The notes: generated by a model from the sequence alone, not told the origin. Positions 12,456 through 27,984 are shown, counted from the stretch's first letter. The stretch: DNA of 64,000 nucleotides from Octopus vulgaris (GCA_951406725.2 OX597818.1:126418001-126482000); one strand, 5' to 3'. Program-made: numbers and translations.

Positions 12456-14224
12456 TCTTTAAAAATTAAGCATTTAACAAAGATATGTGGGAGGTTGAAC
12501 ATTAGAAAAAAATATATATACATATATATATATATACTTATATCTCTCTCTATATATATATATCCATTATCTTCCATACATAATCGTAATCTACATCATC
12601 TGGAAAATGTCATTAAACAAATACACAAGAAAAAAAAAAGTGTTATGGGGCAACAGATTCGGTGGTATGCACACTTCTTTAGTTATGCCAAGGCCACTTG
12701 ACAATCAACTGGGATACTATTGCAGAACATATAGTGCAAGTGGCTTCCACAACAACCAAGTGCTGACACCAGCATTGCGAGTGAAATTTTAGTAGTGATA
12801 AATGTAATTGAGATGATTTAGTGCGACTGTAGCTTGTGGTTGTCGACTAATGTATCACAAAATATTCAACAATCATGCAGAAGTTATACGGTTTAAAATA
12901 TACAGATCGAGGATGATTGTGCTATGACAGTATATCTGTAATTTGTAATTTTGAACTCCCACTCATCTGCGGCAGTAAATTTGTCACGATTCTTGGTTGT
13001 ATTCTCTCTTCACTTAGTGTTAGTACAGTTGAAAAAAACACTAAATGTGTCACTTTTGTATTGTTTAGTCTAAGTATTCCAGCCGTGACAGTCCCATTTT
13101 AAAAATCTAGAATGTCAAGATTTCTATTATCTAATCTGTTCCAACATTAACTAGATTCAGCTATTTTCTCTAGCAAATCAAGCATCCAATTCTTTCGTGG
13201 TTCGGTAATTATTGAGTCATTCTAAATAGCAACAATATAACATTATAAAATGCATTGTGCCAATCAGAGTAGCGGAGCTCGAATGTGTGTGCCACCCGGA
13301 GCAGCCCTTTGTTTACTGCCTCCTCTCGAGAGGCCCCAAAGTACAGCTCCCATAAAAGCGTTACCCGGGATGGACCGTCCCCTCTCACTGGCCAGTCAGT
13401 CTTACTCCAGTTTTTCCTTGCACCCTCTTTCTCGCTGTCTCTTTCTGGTTTTATTTTTTACCTTTTCTTCGACTATTCGCTCTGTTAATCTTTGTGTGTG
13501 ATCACTTAAGCAGAGTAAGAAGAGCTGTCGACATCGACTTTCTTCAAGGTTTCTGAAATTGCAAGAAGAAAGTAAGGCCTTGCTGGCCAAAAAAAAAAAA
13601 AAGAAAGAAAGACCTGAAGGCTTGCAACACAATGAGACTCACATAAAGGCATTAATGGGCGAAGTCTTATTGCTAAAGGAAGAAGGTGAGGACGGATTAC
13701 GTTAAAATATTTAACACTAAACGACAATCAGCTTCATTGACACCACCTCCTCCGCTTCCAATTACTCCTCCGGTGCTGTAATTATTATCACGGAATGTAT
13801 GTTAATGTTTTCTCACTCTTAAACTGCCAAACTACTCCAAGACAGCTTAAACACAACAGTGCCAGTTTGGCCTTATAACCTAAAGTAAATATTTAAAGTT
13901 TACTTGTATTGAATATCAAAACGACCTTTTGTCAAACGAGTTTAACTCACCAACAGACACAAGCATGTATGTATATTATGTACATTTTTGCTTTTGGTCT
14001 TCTTTTTTTAAAATTCTTTACAAAAACAGAAAGACCCTATCTGTAACTCACACAGTAGAAACATTTTATTAGAATTTAGACATCAAGTAGATAATTGTGA
14101 AGGTATGTGTGAATGTACGTATGTATGAATATATATATATGTATGCGTACATCCATGTCATTGCATAGTTTGATTTACCTACATGTACATGTACATATGT
14201 TTCGTATGTCCATAAGTTTTATCT

Positions 14225-14374
14225 GCAGATAAAGCCTATGGAATGTTTTGACATCTTTCGACATCTCCAGTAATGGCGTGTAATTTCTTAATTAGCCATA
14301 TCCTTTCTAGTTCTGTGATGTTTAACTTCTGAAGATTATTTCTGACATGTGCTATGTAATAACAAAATTCTCTG

Positions 14375-14375
<1 letters not shown>
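14225..14375 (-). mobile_element. Diverged R4/Dong-like LINE C-terminal fragment
   Basis: Minus translation YIAHVRNNLQKLNITELERIWLIKKLHAITGDVERC aligns by eye with YVAHCLNTNLEKLGFSKPERRKLIQRLQIQSITGTVKFC of the 50466-50756 ORF. Confidence 0.5.
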
Positions 14376-14407
<32 letters not shown>

Positions 14408-14711
14408 TGTATGTATGAATGTATGAATGTATGTATGTATGTATGTATGAATGTATGATTGTATGTATGTATGTATGTATGTATGTATGTATGTATGTAT
14501 GTATGTATGTATGTATGTATGATTGTATGTATGTATGTATGTATGTATGTATGTATGTATGTATGTATGTATGTATGTATATATGTATGTATGTATGTAT
14601 GTATGTACGTATGCACGTACGTACATATATATATATGTACGTATGGACGTATATATATATATATATGTACGTATGTATGTATGTATATACGTATGTATGC
14701 ATGTATGTATA

Positions 14712-14956
14712 ATTTTTCTTTGAGTTCTATTCAAGTTCTTGAGAGAGTTCGAGTCGGTTGCTAACAAAGCGACAAGACTTTTTGAGTTGAGAGAGTTCCT
14801 CGTGTGTGTAATTATCTGGTTGAGTTGGAGTGCTGCTTGAACCGTTGATGCATACACTCAAGTGTGTGCATCTATTCACACAAGAATCTCAGATGGAGAA
14901 TTTTTTGAATGTCTTACAAATCTTCACTATTCCACAAATAGATTGGATTTGGCGAA
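14712..14956 (-). mobile_element. R4/Dong-like LINE 3' end, second subfamily
   Basis: Minus strand reads RQIQSICGIVKICKTFKKFSI*, followed by a distinct 3' UTR. Bordered by (TACA)n on both sides. Confidence 0.55.
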
Positions 14957-14999
14957 TGTATGTATGTATGTACGTACATATGTCATTCAAACATTCACA

Positions 15000-15087
15000 T
15001 ATTCAGATGTTTCAAGATTTTTTGCCAATAGAGGAAGACCCAGGTTCTAACCTAGATACATGACCCTTTCATTGGAATTTCAACAGG

Positions 15088-15118
<31 letters not shown>

Positions 15119-15853
15119 TGTATGTATGTATGTATGCGTGTAGATTTGTATGCTTTGTTTTATGTATGTATTCTCATGCATATGGTTGCTTATCTAGACA
15201 TGCTCATATATACTTGAATGATAAACTTCTGGAAAGTTTTACAGATTTTTATAGTTTTATTGATGGCTTAGATCTGGGGTCTTCGAATCAGTTTCCTCTA
15301 TTCTAGTTTTGAGAAGACTAATTTCTCAAGATTGGTATTTAGGCAGCCTCAATAATTACAGGTATAAACCTGGACTTGTAATCTAGATAGAGTAACTGCA
15401 GATTTCTCAATAGTTGTTCTCTTTTTCACTGATCTTCAACTTGATGTTAACATCCGCGGGGCAGCTGACCTTCACAACTGTACAGTTACTCTTCCTCATC
15501 CCAAATCATTATATCAGGTATGTTGTGCTTAACTTTTATTGAGGTCTTCAGTATTCATTTTTATTATGAGTGGCTATGGCTTCCACCATACTGTGAGTTC
15601 TCATTTCTTTGTCCTCGGGGTTATCCTTTCGTCGGATCTCGTTGTACAGTGTCCTAGCTACATCATGCCTCATACTGCGATGACATTTTCGGGTAACTGC
15701 TTATGATGTGGGTAATATCTTTGGTGTTAACTCCACAAAGTCTGCATAGGTAGTCACATCTTACCGCTTTTCCTGTATCTCTGTCCCTTCTGTGCATCAG
15801 GTTTTTAGTTGATATTTCCTGTTCATGGATGGCAAACACATAACCTTCAAAGT
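15000..15853 (-). mobile_element. R4/Dong-like (RLE) non-LTR retrotransposon 3' fragment, degenerate
   Basis: Clear nucleotide homology to 50280-51170 (zinc-knuckle/RLE region and 3' UTR ...TTGGCAAAAAATCTTGAAACATCTGAAT). Confidence 0.8.
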
Positions 15854-16321
15854 GGTGTGTATATATATGTATGTATAGAACTGGCTTCTTAATGTTCTCT
15901 TTTCTACCATATTATCTATCCCTCAGACTTCCCGTCTACAAAAGCCTTAATATACTTCACAACTATATTCATAACCACAACATCCGAACTATTCCTCTAT
16001 TTGACTGCTGCAAGCTCGAGAATTCCAGGATGATCAGCCAGCTGCTCTGTCGTTCATATCGATAGCTGCCCAGACGAACCTGGATAGTTGATCTAGGTAC
16101 GGACGGATAAGAGAGGAGAAGCCAAGTTATAGCGTGCTATTTAGAGGACACATTTTTTACTAGTGATATTTTCTGAAATATAAAACATATGTAACAAAAG
16201 TTATTCACAACGAAATAACGAGTATAGTTTTGTATACTAACGAGGATAGTATTGTATAATAGTATTGTATAAATAACGAGGATAGTATTGTATAATATTA
16301 AAAATATTTTTTATCGTTTAT

Positions 16322-16730
16322 CTTTTACTTGTTTCAATAATTGGACAGCGGTCATGCTGGGCATCACCGTGAAGGATTTTTGTTACTTATTTTGAATATA
16401 AGTTTGGTACTTCTTATATCGGACATTATTGCCGAACCGTTAGGTGACGGGTATGTAAACAAACCAGCACCGGTTGTCAAGCGGAGGGAAGACAGACACA
16501 AATGCAAAGACACACAGATATACATACACTCACTCTCTCACTCACCCATCTCTCTTTCACTGTCTCACACACACTTACACACACACGACGAAGTTTTTTC
16601 AGTTTCCGTCTACCAAATTCATTCACAAGCCACTCGTCGGCTTGGGGCTATAATTGAAGACACTTGTCCAAGGTGCCACGCTGTAGGACTGAACCAGAAT
16701 ACATATGGTTGGGGGAAGCAAGCTTCTTAC
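16322..16730 (-). mobile_element. SINE family C (diverged, near full length)
   Basis: Reverse-complement homology to 24869-25250 over both halves. Confidence 0.75.
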
Positions 16731-17373
16731 TGCATAAATAGATTATAATAAAGTTCCCCCCACCGGCATGATTTTCAGAGGATAAAATAAATGAACGTCA
16801 AAGCTGGAATGTCATTCGTCTAGTAGGGCAGCTATGACCCAGGGCTAAACAACATCACACATATTACACACACAATACACACCAAGACACTTTACACAGC
16901 CACATGCTCTCTTCCAGTGAAATGGTTATAACAGAAAACAGAAGGCAAAGACAGGAATGGCACAGAAGAATATGGACTGAAGCAGTATAAGACGGTGAAT
17001 AATGTTATCCATTCTTTGTTAAGCTATTTTGAATTTCACCATTTTGTGTGTCACATATTCATCTCGTTGTTGTTAGTCTTGTCATTATCGTTCACATCGT
17101 GTATGTTTTGAATAATTGTCATGTTTTTGTTGGTTGTGGTGTTGTTGTTGTTTCTGTTTTTGATGCCATTGCCGTTTGCTATTTTTCTTTTATATATTTC
17201 ACTATATTTTATATAAACAGTTTTAGTTGTCGACATGGTATGCTGTACTAATGTACGTAAGTAGTTATGGATAAATTCCTTTGCATGTATGGCAATATAT
17301 GCGTATGTATATATGTATGTATGTATCTATCTATATACATATATATATATACCAAATATGTATATATTCAAAG

Positions 17374-17423
<50 letters not shown>

Positions 17424-17472
17424 GTATATATATATATGCATGTATGTATGTATGTATGTATGTATATAAATT

Positions 17473-17503
<31 letters not shown>

Positions 17504-17875
17504 GCATATGCTTTTGTGCATTTATGCAAATATATATGCGTGGAATGTATGTATATCCACATGAAAAATACTTATCAAGTACATATTGGGCTAAATATAA
17601 TGCGTGCACATGTGAAAGCATATCTACACACATACGCACACACACACACGCATGCGCACACACATCGATCCATACACACAAACACACATACACACATATA
17701 TAAATGGTGTGTATATACGAGTATATGCAAACTATGTATATGTACGTACATAGACGGAGGAGGCGATAAAGAAAGTGTGAGAGGCAAAGAAGAGGTGTGA
17801 GAGAAAGCGAGAATATTTGCCATATTTGCGTGACGCCCGAACATGTTTCTGCAACTTACAACACCAGCACTGACG

Positions 17876-18007
<132 letters not shown>

Positions 18008-18014
18008 CATATAT

Positions 18015-18058
<44 letters not shown>

Positions 18059-18273
18059 ATATATATATATATAAATATACATACATATATATATACATAT
18101 ATGCATATATATATATATAATATATATAAACAAATATATATATATATATAAACAAATATATATATATATAAAACACATACATATATATACATACATGCAT
18201 ATATCTATGTACATATGTATATGAATGGGTATATATGTTTATGTACATATGTTTATGTATATATATATATATT

Positions 18274-18322
<49 letters not shown>

Positions 18323-18798
18323 TCATGTAAATGTTATACATATGTATGCACATTAAATATACATCTACATATAAATATACATACAAGCATTTTCATTTGT
18401 GGACAGCAATGTGTACGCACGCATACGTACACACACACACATATATACACGCATATATTATAATACATATACATATATGTATATTATATCTGCACATGTA
18501 CAAACACACAGACACACTGACACAGACACACACAGTTATAAATATATCTGAGTATTCATATATACCTATATTTATATATATGAGTGTTAAGTCAATTTCA
18601 GTAAAACAGTGTATGATACTCTAAAACAAAACACATGAACAAATAAGCACGAATTAACATCTGGTTATATATATTGGAATAACAGAAGTCCGCTTTAATG
18701 TTCTCGACAAAGAAAGCCCGTTTACTCTGTAAATATTATTCAACAATTTGAGCCGGTGTAAATACGAATATGTACGTACATAGATACATACATACGCA

Positions 18799-18865
<67 letters not shown>

Positions 18866-18898
18866 TATATGTGCATATATATATATACATATAGTAAT

Positions 18899-19662
<764 letters not shown>

Positions 19663-19691
19663 GTTTTTGCGTGTGTGTGTGTGTATGCATA

Positions 19692-20070
19692 CTAGCAGCT
19701 AAGTCCGGTTTCACCCGGTCTGTTTGGATGATGTAGCTGTGATCGTTTTCGATTAGGCATAATCTATAACACCGTTTCTCAACCATATCATTTCGGGTTC
19801 CCTGTTTCGATTGGAGCCTCCAGCTGTATGAAAATTTCCTGACTCCTACCCCACAGCCCTTGTCAGAAAACAGCCTCAGAAGTTGTGAAGAACGAATTTT
19901 TACGTAGTCTGTTTCTGAGAGCTATTTTATTGGACCTCTGTCTAATCATTAAATCATTGATTTAATTAGGAACATAGAAAGAAATTGTACATTAATCGCT
20001 ATTTCTGTAAGCAGCTGTATCCGTAAAATTTTTATTTGCAGGGAGCAGAAATTGAAAGAAGATATATGAA
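19692..20070 (-). mobile_element. Non-autonomous Helitron (3' end at 19692; 5' limit approximate)
   Basis: Minus strand ends CCGGGTGAAACCGG hairpin, ACTTAGCTG, CTAG|T. Confidence 0.55.
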
Positions 20071-21149
20071 ATGGACGTTTGTGCGTATTTTTACGATAGT
20101 TGATTTATGGAAAAGAATATGCTAAATTTTTGAAATGCTAATATGTGAATGAAAATTAAGTTCAGACCTCTACATGGTAGCTAGACCTGGTAGAAATAGC
20201 AGCCAAATCTCTCTCAAAACACCCTACTGCCTTAATCTGACAATTCTGCCTATTATGTAGTTTGAATGAGAAACTGTAACTAAAGATTAAGGTTATTAAC
20301 CCCACAAAGAGGTGACAGAAGAGAGACAGCATAGCAAAAGTTTTGGCTGACTGTCATTCTTTACTCCCCTTGTTTCTAGCGAAATGGTATATGCCGGCTG
20401 TGTGAGCAACTGGTTGTTTTAATGGCGGAAAAGAAACAGGGGAATTCCATTAGAAAAGTTTTTATCGATTTTCTCGGTAAGTCTGGGGTTTAGGAAAAAG
20501 ATACAAACTGCATTCCACTCTATGCACCCGTCTCCACATGTGTGTCATTTTCCACGAGAATCCACCCAGCCGTTTGGCTGTAAACTTCAAGACAAGAAAG
20601 AATACAATGATCGCCCATGTCCAATTTATATTATATATATATATGTGCATGTATTTCTGTGATTGTGTTTGTCCGCCCACCATCACTTCACAACCGATGT
20701 TGGTGTGCTTACATTCCCGTAACCTAGCGGTTCGGAAATAAGGATTCAATAGAATAAGTACTGTAGTGAGAGAGACGAAAGAGGAAAAGAAAGACATATC
20801 AATGTGTATACAAGTCTATGTGTGCAGTAAACTATAACATAAAAATCAAAATCAAACGGATATGTTTAAAGAAATAGTAACAGGTCGAGAGGATGTATAA
20901 TGTAAACAAAGCCACGTGTGTCTAGTAGAATATAACGGAACAGGTTCACTAGCAGAAAAAAGCCATGGAGAATTATACGTATACATATTAATATTGAAAA
21001 ACGAAAAAAATATATACACTACAAGAGGCTTAAATCTGATAATCAAGACTATTTTTGAAAAAGATACAATATTTAAGTCCCCACACTTTAAGTCTGTGTT
21101 TTGCCTCGATCCTTCCGTCTCACTGGCGGCGAATAAAAGACTTCATAAT

Positions 21150-21183
21150 CATGGTCACGATCATCATCACCATCGTCGTCGTC

Positions 21184-21251
<68 letters not shown>

Positions 21252-21297
21252 TATCATCATCATCATCATTATCATCCTCGTCGTCGTCATCATCATT
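21150..21297. repeat. (CAT)n trinucleotide microsatellite
   Basis: Direct reading; it gives rise to the poly-H/I/D/M ORFs. Confidence 0.95.
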
Positions 21298-22752
21298 TTC
21301 ATTGAAGGAAATGGATTGGCAGAACTGATAATAAGTCGTAAAAAATGCCTTACGGTATTTGTTCCGATTCTTTATCTTCGACATTAAAACTTTTGCGAAG
21401 ACCAAGTATACTTTTTCTCGTGTCGGAGTCGATGAAATAGGATAGCAGTCAAGTATTAGGATTGATTTGCGTGACTAACTCTTTTTCTTGTGAATGCTAA
21501 GCCACACGCAAATTAATCCAGGGGCGGGCAACTCAATTGATCGGGTACCAGAATTCTTATCACCGAGCGACAGAGATCCAACATGCACACGCAGGCACGC
21601 AAGCACACAATAAACACACACGCGCGAGCGTTATCATTTCAGTGAGTAAACCATTAGTTTTATACAACATTAATGTAGTAACGCGACTGGCACCACGTAA
21701 TAACTTACAAATGTGTGTGCTTTTTGTACTTTAGCCAAAACACCCAATGTAGTTTTATCCTGCGCTCTTTATAAAACACTTAACGTCTTTAATATTATTG
21801 ACCAGATGTATATAGTCTAGACACATGATAGATGAACACAACATAACAGGCGACGACAAAAATATATGCAAGCCAAGACGTAAAGACAAAAGCTACATAT
21901 ACTTATCTCTCTTAAACACACCCCACACACGCAGGCACACGCACTCACACTCGCGTGCGCATATATACATAAAGTACCCTCGAGTATTTCGTATAGTCTT
22001 GTATTTCCTTAAGGCTGGCAGGTTTCTAAATTTGAAACCCATCAACCTCAGTGTAAATGCTTTTTTAATATCGTATTTCTAACACGTTTGATACTAGACC
22101 TTAATTACTATGGTATATTTGTCTCACTACGGCAATTTAGAAATGCTTTCGTTTCCTTAATCTTAGAAAATATCTCTCCCTAATATCATGTCACTCATTG
22201 CTTCAGGGACTCATATGATAGATCGCCTAACGATTCACAAATCAGCCATGCTAAATAGTATTAGTAAAATGAAATAAATAGCATGAAATTATTTCGCTGT
22301 ATTGTGTATTATTAGATTTCTCTCGCATCGTTATTGTGAAATTTATTTCACATTATGCTCATTATGCCGGTTACTAATCTGTACCGGATGTATGACTAAT
22401 TTCATAGATACACTACAAAAATTTTGATGGTATCTTTCAATGCTGCTCTTCGCTTACCAGGCTTAAAAATCTATAGTTGTGAAATTATTTCATACGATGG
22501 CACTTTTAATAGCAAGGGGTCAGAAAAATGTAAGAGGGAAAATTAACAGAATTAGCTGAATAATTAACAGAAAATTGAACAAAATACTTTACAAATACCG
22601 TCGGGGAATACTTTGCTATTTCTTCTTCCGGAGTAAATAAAATATAGTAGCAATGGATTAATGTGCAGTGGAAACACTTGATTACTATAAACAACTAATC
22701 TATACAGGTTCTTCATCAAGATAGGAGTGTCCTGTGTATGTATGTATGTATG

Positions 22753-22783
<31 letters not shown>

Positions 22784-22816
22784 GTATGTATGTATGTATG
22801 CATGTATGTATGTATG

Positions 22817-23540
22817 TACTAGGTATGATCAATAAGCATCTGGACTATTGCCATAGTAGCGAAGCTAAAGCTTGCAGAGTAAAACCGCTTGGTACAGATT
22901 GACCTTGAACCCTGCTGTGCATGTGTACAACGTTTTAACGTTCTAGCCAACTTCCGCTGTTTACAGCAGTGCTTCGAAATAATGTGTGTAACGGGTGATC
23001 GTCGCATTGACCATGACAGAGAAAGTTGTCATGGCGATACCTTCTCACAATCCTGCGCAAAGTTGCAGAAAGTGTATGGAGAGGAGTGTATGAGCTACAC
23101 ACAAGTGTACGAGTCGTTCAGATGTTTCCAAGGTGGCCGAAAAAATGTCGATAGTGGCGAACGTTCTAGAAGACCTGAAATCAGTAAATCTGAGAAAAAC
23201 ATAACAGATGTGCGTGCAGCTGTGAGGGGAAATCGTCTAATCACCATCCGTGAGTTATCAGAGGATGTGCAGATTAGTTACGGATCAGTTAAGTCCATCA
23301 TCACTGAAGATTTGGGTATGGGACGCGTGTCTGTCAAGTTTGTGTCAAAACTGCTTTCAGTTAATCAAAATGACACTCGGGTTTCTCTTGTACAAAATCT
23401 CCTTGATTGTACCGAGAACGATGAAAACATTTTGAAAACTTTGCGTAGGCCTCTGAGCAGGTATCGTGAAGCTTTTGGTAAAATTTGATGCAGGCTCTCT
23501 ACTCAACTTTCTCTGTCATGGACAATGCGAAGAACACACG
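22817..23540 (+). mobile_element. Mariner (Tc1/mariner) transposon remnant with N-terminal HTH transposase fragment and inverted copy of its start
   Basis: TIR-like TACTAGGTATGATCAATAAG at the left. Peptide LQKVYGEECMSYTQVYESFRCFQGGRKNVDSGERSRRP...ITIRELSEDVQISYGSVKSIITEDLGMGRVSVKFVSKLL is mariner HTH plus the WVPxxL-like linker. No DDD domain. Confidence 0.85.
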
Positions 23541-23626
23541 CTACTTTCAAGCATATATATATGTAACATATGGTATAATTATAAACAGAGCAAATTTTAG
23601 CTTTTTCTCCACAGACTGAAAAAGTT

Positions 23627-23657
<31 letters not shown>

Positions 23658-23861
23658 TACACGTACACACACACACATACACACACACATATAGGAAAAT
23701 ATAAAGGTTGTTAGACGCAATATAAAATCAAAAAGAAAGAGTTCAATTGTCACTAATAATGAATGAGGGCGCATTGTAGCACACACATTTCTAGAAATAA
23801 GAGTCAAATACCCTCATAGCCACAAACATAGCACAAGTCTATGTATTGTCATAACGAGCGT

Positions 23862-23919
23862 GGTTAATAAATTGTGAAGCCAATTTCGTTTGAAATTAAA
23901 GCTCATCAGTAGTACTACC
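23862..23919 (-). ncRNA. Hammerhead ribozyme candidate (imperfect stems)
   Basis: Minus strand: GTACTA-CTGATGA-G(CTTTAATTTCAAA)C-GAAA-TTG(GCTTCA)CAA-TT^TATTAA. Core intact, stem I mismatched. Confidence 0.45.
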
Positions 23920-23987
23920 CCTTCATTTACATTTAAGTCAAATCCAACCTATCAGTACATAGATTTTGCCCTAAGATTCAGCATGTG

Positions 23988-24022
<35 letters not shown>

Positions 24023-24868
24023 TGTGCGCATGTACACATGCATACATACATGCATATATAAGGGGCATCCGTACAATTTCTGAACACTAAGATTTCATTC
24101 AAATGGCTTTGATAGATTATTGGCTAACACTTGTCCAACGTACCGCGATTGAACCTCGGATCATTTGGTTTTGTATTGAACTTCGTAACAACACAACTGT
24201 ATCTGTACTTTTTATGAAATAGAGCTCCTCAGAAAACAGCATTTAAAATGGCATTATACATAAGTTACCATGTTTGAAATAGTGACTAGAAAACGATTGA
24301 AAACTCAGCATAAATACGCAATATCATGTACCGTTAACTATCCCAATAGGAGGCCAAATAGCATGAGTTATATCTACCATGTGGTGAGCGAGTAAAATAC
24401 CTCAGGGAAGTGCTAGGTGTACCAAACTCACATATGGTAACGTTTCATATATAAAAGATAGGAAGTTGAAAGACTTCGATTAACTAAATTTATTAGCCAT
24501 ACAATTAGTAAGCAAAAATATTCTTTAGGGAATATTCAAAATATAAACACAACAAACAGGGAGGAAAACTCCAATAATATCAAACGGTTGAAATTATTGA
24601 GGGATGGGCGGAGGGGGAATTGCTGGAAGGGTGACGTCATCTATGTGTGTAACAAAAATGTCATACTACAGACCAAATAGAAAATAAAGCAAAATAACAA
24701 TGTCAAGTAGGGAAGACGGTAAGACTCCAAGAGAAATAGCAAGTAAATACTAAGAGTTTAAGGAGGTAACCATGTACCATGCTTCACGGTGGCTTACAAA
24801 TTAGATTATCGTGTTTTATCTAATTATTAATTCAGTTAACTAATATGTGTGTGTGTGTGTTTTCGTAT

Positions 24869-25032
24869 AGGCGCAGGAGTGGCTGTGTGGTAAGTAGCTT
24901 GCTAACCAACCACATGGTTCCGGGTACATTCCCACTGCGTGGTACCTTGGGCAAGTGTCTTCTACTACAGCCTCGGGCCGACCAAAACCATGTGAGTGGA
25001 TTTGGTAGAAGGAAGCTGAAAGAAGCCCGTCG

Positions 25033-25091
<59 letters not shown>

Positions 25092-25250
25092 TTGTGTGTC
25101 TATGTTTGTCCCCCTAGTATTGCTTGACAACCGATAGAATAATTACTGGGCTTACAAAAGAATAAGTCCCGGGGTCGAGTTGCTCGATTAAAGGCGGTGC
25201 TCCAGCATGGCCGCAGTCAAATGACTGAAACAAGTAAAAGAGTAAAAGAG
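24869..25250 (+). mobile_element. tRNA-derived SINE, family C, with internal (TA)n(TG)n
   Basis: GGCGCAGGAGTGGCTGTGTGGTAAG head ... GGTGCTCCAGCATGGCCGCAGTCAAATGACTGAAACAAGTAAAAGAGTAAAAGAG tail; many copies in the window. Confidence 0.85.
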
Positions 25251-25271
25251 TACCTATATATATGCATATAA

Positions 25272-25323
<52 letters not shown>

Positions 25324-25360
25324 GTGAATATATATGCTTATATGCGCACACCCACCCACA

Positions 25361-25397
<37 letters not shown>

Positions 25398-25588
25398 TTA
25401 CACACACATATATACATATACTTATATATATAAATATATATGTGTGCGTATGTTTATGAGTCTCTCTCTGTATACATATGACTGTTTATGTATGTATGTG
25501 CGTGTACATACATATTACACACATACATACATACATACATACATACATACATACATACATACATACATACATACACATACACACACAC

Positions 25589-25621
<33 letters not shown>

Positions 25622-25629
25622 CGTGTGTG

Positions 25630-25665
<36 letters not shown>

Positions 25666-25992
25666 CATATGTGCATATGCATACGAACGCACACACGCAA
25701 ACGCACAAATATATATGCGTCGGTGCTATTTACACATGTATGCATATATGCGCACAAATATTTATACATCTATAGATACATACACTCAAGCTTACACAAG
25801 CAGAGTAACTTACATATATACACATAAATACATACGCGTAAATTTTTGTCGAACTGGGGACCTGTTTCCTGACATAAGTCAGGCATTTTAGTTGTCGAAG
25901 AATTTTAAAGAGAATGTAATACAAGGCACGCATATACATACGCACGCCTACATATAAATATAAATATATATATAAATGTAAATAAATATATA

Positions 25993-26026
<34 letters not shown>

Positions 26027-26513
26027 CATACATATATACATACATATAAATATTTATATGCATACGTACATAGACATACACACACATATATATAACATAC
26101 ACATACAAGCATATGTATTGTACGCGCATACATTTGCAATGTAACCACTGGGGATAAAAGTAATTTAACATGCACCGTTGTAGAAGTCATCTGCTCGACA
26201 GATGTGAACATCTCAGCGATAATCAGTGTATATTAAAGAGGACATTTCTAGACAACTGCCGCAGAACCTTGGATATAATTTTACTTTTGAACCCATAATT
26301 ACTGCTACATTTCGTTATCCTACAGAAGCCTGGCTGATTTACCACGCGAAAGTCGCTTATTTTCGTTTTTAGCAAAGACAATAATAACATTTCACCAGAT
26401 TACAATACTTCAATATGGTTACGTCAGCAGCATGCCAATTTGTAACTGTTATACATTGCTGATATTTTACTGATAGATTTCTACATGGGGGACAAGAAAA
26501 AAATATATGTGTG

Positions 26514-26718
26514 TACGAGGGGGTGCTGAAATGTTCCTGGCTTTAAGGATATATAGAAAGGCCTGGCTGGAGGTCCAATCTTCAGAGTACTTTTATAGGG
26601 CTTAGAAAGAATTGAAGGACGTTGCAATAAGTGTATTAATCTGAATAAAATCATAATTAACTGATCCTCCTGTATTTTTTTTTACCGAAAACCATAAACT
26701 TTTTAGCATCCCCTCGTA
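26514..26718. mobile_element. Mariner-type MITE
   Basis: TA-CGAGGGGGTGCTGAAA ... TTTTAGCATCCCCTCG-TA terminal inverted repeats with TA target duplication, about 205 bp. Confidence 0.8.
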
Positions 26719-26859
26719 GCAGAGTGTTATATCGCAATACTACACAGTGGGTGTGTGAGCTACGAAAACCTCGTCGTCTGGGGGCGTCACACAACACGGA
26801 GAAATGCATGCAGGAAAGCTAAGATTTCAGAACAAGAAGTCAACCAGCTAAAATGCACA

Positions 26860-27250
26860 TCTTTATATATAAAAGTGAAGTTGTGTGTCTCTCTACTCCG
26901 ATTTAGATTCCTAACTACTCCCACATTTTGCGGTGCAGTTTAACCAAAACCGGGTATCTTATAGTCGTGATTCATATCGAGCCCTTCTGGGTATTAGCAC
27001 GCGTCTACGATGAGTCTACGATTTAAAAAATAATTTACCATCATTTTTTTCCATTTTAAGGCATAATTGTTTAAAGAGAAGTAACTCTCTAAAAATGTCT
27101 ACGATGAGTCAACGATTTAAAAAAAAATTACCATCATATTTTTTCCATTTTTAATGCATTTTTTTTTGCTATTTTTTGGCTATAACTCTCTAAAAATGCT
27201 TTATAGTTATTTCCCTTACAAACCCGAGCAACGCCGGGAGATACTGCTAG
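26860..27250 (+). mobile_element. Non-autonomous Helitron
   Basis: Inserted between A and T. 5' TCTTTATATATAAAAG; 3' hairpin CCCGAGCAACGCCGGG then CTAG. Internal duplication of about 57 bp (27003-27060 and 27097-27153). Confidence 0.8.
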
Positions 27251-27832
27251 TTACAAATACAATCTGTAAGCGGAACAGTAGAAATATGGAACACGTTGCC
27301 CCAGCTCAGAATTTGACATTGTCCTTGTTGTCTACATTCAACCGATGGTGTTTTGTACATTTGTTAGAAACCAGCTCTTTCCTCGCTGAAGAACTTTAAA
27401 AAACGAGTGTGTGTGTGAATGTGTGTGTGTGCATTTATACATATGCAAGTAACGCGTCGTCATACACGCGCACAAATACACACTCACACATTCACACACA
27501 CAGATATATGAATGTGTGCATGTGAGTTATTTTTACTTTTCCTACGACTTTACAATTGATGTTGATTCGTTTGTGAACTTGATGTTCCGTGGCACGCCCA
27601 AAAACGTTGTTACATTTTGCAGCAGACTTGAAATAAGTACTGCAGTTGATGTCCATTCCATATTGCTTCTTCTGAGGCATAGTCAACATAACAGCCAGAG
27701 CTATCTTTATCTCGACATTAGAGTACATCATGAAATCAGGAAGTAGCTCTGTTACTGCAGTATTGTTTGAGAATAGGAAGGCTTCCTTCAAATCCTTATG
27801 CACATACATACATACACACAAACACACACACA

Positions 27833-27984
<152 letters not shown>

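Noticed and set aside
27510-27800. Complex ~90-codon open stretch on the minus strand (HKDLKEAFLF...CKVVG)
   Set aside because: No recognisable domain and no clear splice acceptor; it could be a TE relic and needs a BLASTX search.
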